From: an uncultured virus (IMG/VR IMGVR_UViG_2667527737_000002)
Taxonomy: Duplodnaviria > Heunggongvirae > Uroviricota > Caudoviricetes
DNA length: 20,000 nucleotides
Direction: 5' to 3' (one strand)
IMG/VR virus record: IMGVR_UViG_2667527737_000002
The notes under the pieces are model-generated. The model ran no database searches. It was not told where the DNA came from and saw only the letters and a list, made by a program, of their open reading frames with translations. The position numbers and the translations under genes are program-made. This document shows, in pieces, positions 17,112-20,000 of the stretch; the stretch's first letter is position 1, and each line of letters starts with the position of its first letter.

Positions 17112-17984
17112 TCATCCGTAATATTCATGTTTTGATCTGTGCTTATTTTCAATAATTTCTATTATCGCTGATTCTTTCCAAACAATTGCTAGGTCGGGAT
17201 AAATATTACTTCCGGAATGTATTAATTGAGAACGTCCTGAATAGACTCCTCCAAAGGTATAGCATTGTGACATAATCATATCGTCAATGTTTTCCTTTCC
17301 TTTCGGCAAAGTAAATCCATTTGATTTTATAAATACAGCAGAGCCTGACATGCCAGTTTTAGTTGTAGCTGTATCAATAAAATACTTAGGTAGATTGTCA
17401 ATGTTTACATCATGTTCAGAGGCTACACTACCTCTTTTCCATATTGGTAGATTCCCCCCGGCAACCATACCTAGAGGATAACCGATAAGGAATGCATCCA
17501 TACCAGCTTTAATATCAAAATCTTCCAAATTCAGCTCATTTGAATTAACAGGTAAGATAGCAAATCCATTTTCTTTTAAGGTTTTCATGGTGTCGTTAAC
17601 AGGTATTGCAATTATATCGACCTTGTTCTCATGGTTTGGGTGTTCAAACCATATAGGTGCATATTCACCATTGTCCTCCTCGTATAAATTAAGTTTAAGA
17701 ACATTTCTCCATGATAAATAAAAAGAGTTACCTACAGCCTCTATTCTTTTAGGAAGATAAAGAGTCATGAGGTTAGGAACTGATAAATTGATGGTATCTA
17801 ATGGCTTTCCGGTTAAGGAGTTTCTTCCTGTAACGTTATGCCAGTTTGTTATTAAATAGATCTTCTCATTAAAACAATAAAAAAATGCAGTGGCTGTACT
17901 CAGAATTGTTAACTCATCGCTGTCAGCATTCCCTCTACACATTTCTATCTTAAATGATGTTAAACTTAAATTGTTAATTGACAT
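17112..17984 (-). CDS. Trypsin-like serine protease
   Basis: AT-rich 290 aa ORF, AAGGGG RBS. Triad motifs 'YLITNWHNV' (His), 'VDIIAI' (Asp), 'GMSGSAV' (Ser), plus 'IGYP'. No signal peptide evident. Confidence 0.85.
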   Translation of the reverse strand: MSINNLSLTSFKIEMCRGNADSDELTILSTATAFFYCFNEKIYLITNWHNVTGRNSLTGKPLDTINLSVPNLMTLYLPKRIEAVGNSFYLSWRNVLKLNLYEEDNGEYAPIWFEHPNHENKVDIIAIPVNDTMKTLKENGFAILPVNSNELNLEDFDIKAGMDAFLIGYPLGMVAGGNLPIWKRGSVASEHDVNIDNLPKYFIDTATTKTGMSGSAVFIKSNGFTLPKGKENIDDMIMSQCYTFGGVYSGRSQLIHSGSNIYPDLAIVWKESAIIEIIENKHRSKHEYYG

Positions 17985-18118
17985 TATAACCCCTTATTTT
18001 AACTTCTTGGTGCCGGCGGATAAAACAGCAATATAAACACTACGTGAAAGTAAATTGCGAATGATTATAGGCCAAACCAATGATAATGTCACTTGACATT
18101 AAAGATTGCAGCGTAAAG

Positions 18119-18148
18119 AACGTCTGCTCTTGGCACATTGCAGACATT
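18119..18148 (+). repeat. Palindromic site S4
   Basis: AACGTCTGCTC-TTGGCACA-TTGCAGACATT; overlaps the SRAP stop codon. Confidence 0.7.
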
Positions 18149-18833
18149 ACGTATTTATTGGGGGCTCGATCGCCTCAATTAATTCTGGCCCCTGATTTTT
18201 AACATTACCCACGGCGCGCGTCACGGCGTGCCAGATAAACTTGTCGGCGGGCACTGCTCCGTCGGTGGCTATCTCTTCGGCTTCCTTCCCGCCTATATCC
18301 AGGCGCATCCATTCGCGTGCGGCTTCCGGCACCAGGACGAGTGATCGGCGGTCGTGAATATCGACCAGCCCTTGGTCAGCAGCTGCAGTCACTATCAAAA
18401 ATCCTTCAGCTTCGTCGCCGCGTTGAAAAGGTACACTCCCGATCGCCGCCATGAAGATGGGCTTGCCGTCTTTACGGTGGATGAAATAGGGCTGCTTCTT
18501 GTCACCTTCACGCTTCCACTCAAACCAGCCGTCTGCAAAACAAATTGCTCTCCCGTGCTGCCACAGGGATTTAAACATCCTGCTGCTGGCAGCAGTCTCA
18601 ACCCGGGCATTAGTCGATGGGGGTTTATCCCACCACCCAGGCGCATAACCCCAGTGGATCGGATCGAGGTGCAACTGTTCGTCGCGTTCGCTCAGGAGCA
18701 AAACTTTAGTCCCCGGTGCCACGTTGTACCGGCCGATTGGTTCGGGGTCATAAGCGATATCCCGCTCGGCCTCTTCAGCCAAATAAGCCTGGTACTCTTC
18801 ACGGGTTTGTGATTGAGCAAAGCGTCCACACAT
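18147..18833 (-). CDS. yedK: SOS response-associated peptidase (SRAP/HMCES family, YedK-like abasic-site protein)
   Basis: N-terminal 'MCGRF', 'RYNVAPG', 'NARVET', 'DGWFEW', 'IHDR'; GGAGGT RBS; convergent with umuC. Confidence 0.93.
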   Translation of the reverse strand: MCGRFAQSQTREEYQAYLAEEAERDIAYDPEPIGRYNVAPGTKVLLLSERDEQLHLDPIHWGYAPGWWDKPPSTNARVETAASSRMFKSLWQHGRAICFADGWFEWKREGDKKQPYFIHRKDGKPIFMAAIGSVPFQRGDEAEGFLIVTAAADQGLVDIHDRRSLVLVPEAAREWMRLDIGGKEAEEIATDGAVPADKFIWHAVTRAVGNVKNQGPELIEAIEPPINT

Positions 18834-18943
18834 GGTTACCTCCAGTCTTCAGAATGAAAGTATAGAAGGAGAGACTCTGGACGATGGGGTTGTATTAGGA
18901 ATAGCGACATTCGTCATCAATCGCACTTGGCCTACTGATGGCG

Positions 18944-18973
18944 AATGTCCGATATGATAAAATAGCGAACATT
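18944..18973 (-). repeat. Palindromic site S5 (more diverged spacer)
   Basis: Minus strand AATGTTCGCTA-TTTTATCA-TATCGGACATT; same 11-8-11 layout and arm consensus; ~50 bp past the AbiH-like stop. Confidence 0.5.
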
Positions 18974-19022
18974 ACCCCTTTTACTAACATGCCTATTTAG
19001 CCGAGCACTACTTTCGTTGTAG

Positions 19023-20000
19023 TCACGACCTTACCAGCAGGCTACATACTGGCACAATTAGGGGATATTCAATGCCTATGCTCTGCAATGCATGTAGGTG
19101 TTGATCACGTTCTTTTTCAAGATACCATGTCGCTGTCCAGGTCGAATTAGGCTGGACGTGTTGTTTAATGGCAGCGAAGTAAGGCATGTCGACCGCTGAT
19201 AAAGAGTGTCCAATTATGATCACCTCGTTTACCGCGTTGAGTTGAGAGAAAAATGATTGGTTTGCATCTATCACTTCCTCTGTATTTTTGAATGAGTGGG
19301 TAAAGTACCGATTCAGAGTCTGTTTTCCTATTTCATATGCAAAATCGTAATTATCAGACATGTGTTGATACCACTGTTCTAGCTCCTCATCCGTTGCGTC
19401 CGTGGGCGGCTCTTGAGGAGGCTCTTTGAAATTTTCAGGATCAATCCCATGCCCCAGTATAAGCCTATCCCCAGGTAAGGATGCATTGCCGTGGATGTAA
19501 AGAATCTGGTTTCTTTTTATTCCGTAATAGCATTCAATAGTTCTGGTGTAATTAAAGTTTATAAATAGGGCATTGTTGCATAGTTGCAGTGTTTTATCGA
19601 CGGTAAACTCTGGGTATTTAACTTGAGAAATAAACGACATAAACTGGGTGAAAATACCATCAGTTAAATTTTCAAGAATTCGCTGCATTTCAATTTCAAA
19701 AGCATGCCAGTCTCTATCACGAAAATCTGGGTCACCCAGATTTGGGAGATAATCGGTAAATGCATCCAGTACAGCCTGAGAATCTAACCCTGCCAGATTA
19801 CTTTCAAATTCACACCACAGACGATGTTCATCCTCATTCAGTTCGTCAATATTTTCAGGGAGTTCTGTGAAACCGACAAACTCAATTAAGTTGTTGTACG
19901 AATCCCTCTGGTGAGATCGCAAAAAATAGGCAAAAGAACAATAGCTGGTATCAAGACCATGGTGTAAATCAAATCCGTTTCCAGTTATGTAAAGTTTCAT
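19023..20000 (-). CDS. abiH: AbiH-family abortive infection protein (SIR2-like fold)
   Basis: 'LYITGNGFDLHHGLDTSY', 'INFNYT', 'YIHG', 'LILGHG', 'IIGHSLSAVDMPYF' motifs. The ATG sits at the very edge of the window, so the start is unconfirmed. Confidence 0.85.
   Translation of the reverse strand: MKLYITGNGFDLHHGLDTSYCSFAYFLRSHQRDSYNNLIEFVGFTELPENIDELNEDEHRLWCEFESNLAGLDSQAVLDAFTDYLPNLGDPDFRDRDWHAFEIEMQRILENLTDGIFTQFMSFISQVKYPEFTVDKTLQLCNNALFINFNYTRTIECYYGIKRNQILYIHGNASLPGDRLILGHGIDPENFKEPPQEPPTDATDEELEQWYQHMSDNYDFAYEIGKQTLNRYFTHSFKNTEEVIDANQSFFSQLNAVNEVIIIGHSLSAVDMPYFAAIKQHVQPNSTWTATWYLEKERDQHLHALQSIGIEYPLIVPVCSLLVRS

Noticed and set aside
18085..18100. Short palindrome AATGTCA-CT-TGACATT upstream of the protease
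   Set aside because: Shares the outer AATGTC arm bases but lacks the GCT and the spacer; too short to call, though it might be an operator.
15597..18973. Repeats as a CRISPR array, integron attC sites or simple terminators
   Set aside because: Spacing is gene-sized and orientation alternates; no cas genes; no RYYYAAC/GTTRRRY attC cores; no T tracts after the stems.

Overview
Enterobacterial (Klebsiella-like) prophage tail end followed by an accessory region. 391-4788: lambdoid tail-tip module (minor tail protein, DUF1833-like protein, NlpC/P60-like protein, TipJ-like tip protein). 4817-9834: a ~5 kb segment bounded by inverted 26-bp gix/hix-like sites, holding two convergent, complete tail spike genes (both ending in SGNH-esterase domains) plus a partner gene, with a Gin/Pin-type serine invertase just outside. 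10585-11674: AT-rich two-gene moron (4-TM protein + Nudix hydrolase). 11945-13854: complete group II intron with RT/maturase, inserted at the edge of the LexA box of a umuDC operon (13876-15562); its EBS1 is complementary to that SOS box. 15597-20000: an accessory array in which a short, catalytic-domain-only tyrosine recombinase and cargo genes (small gene pair, trypsin-like protease, SRAP, AbiH-like) are separated by five related 30-bp imperfect palindromes (11-8-11) in alternating orientation. This array is the best candidate for an undescribed integron/pdif-like gene-cassette system. All family calls come from motif recognition only; no searches were run.
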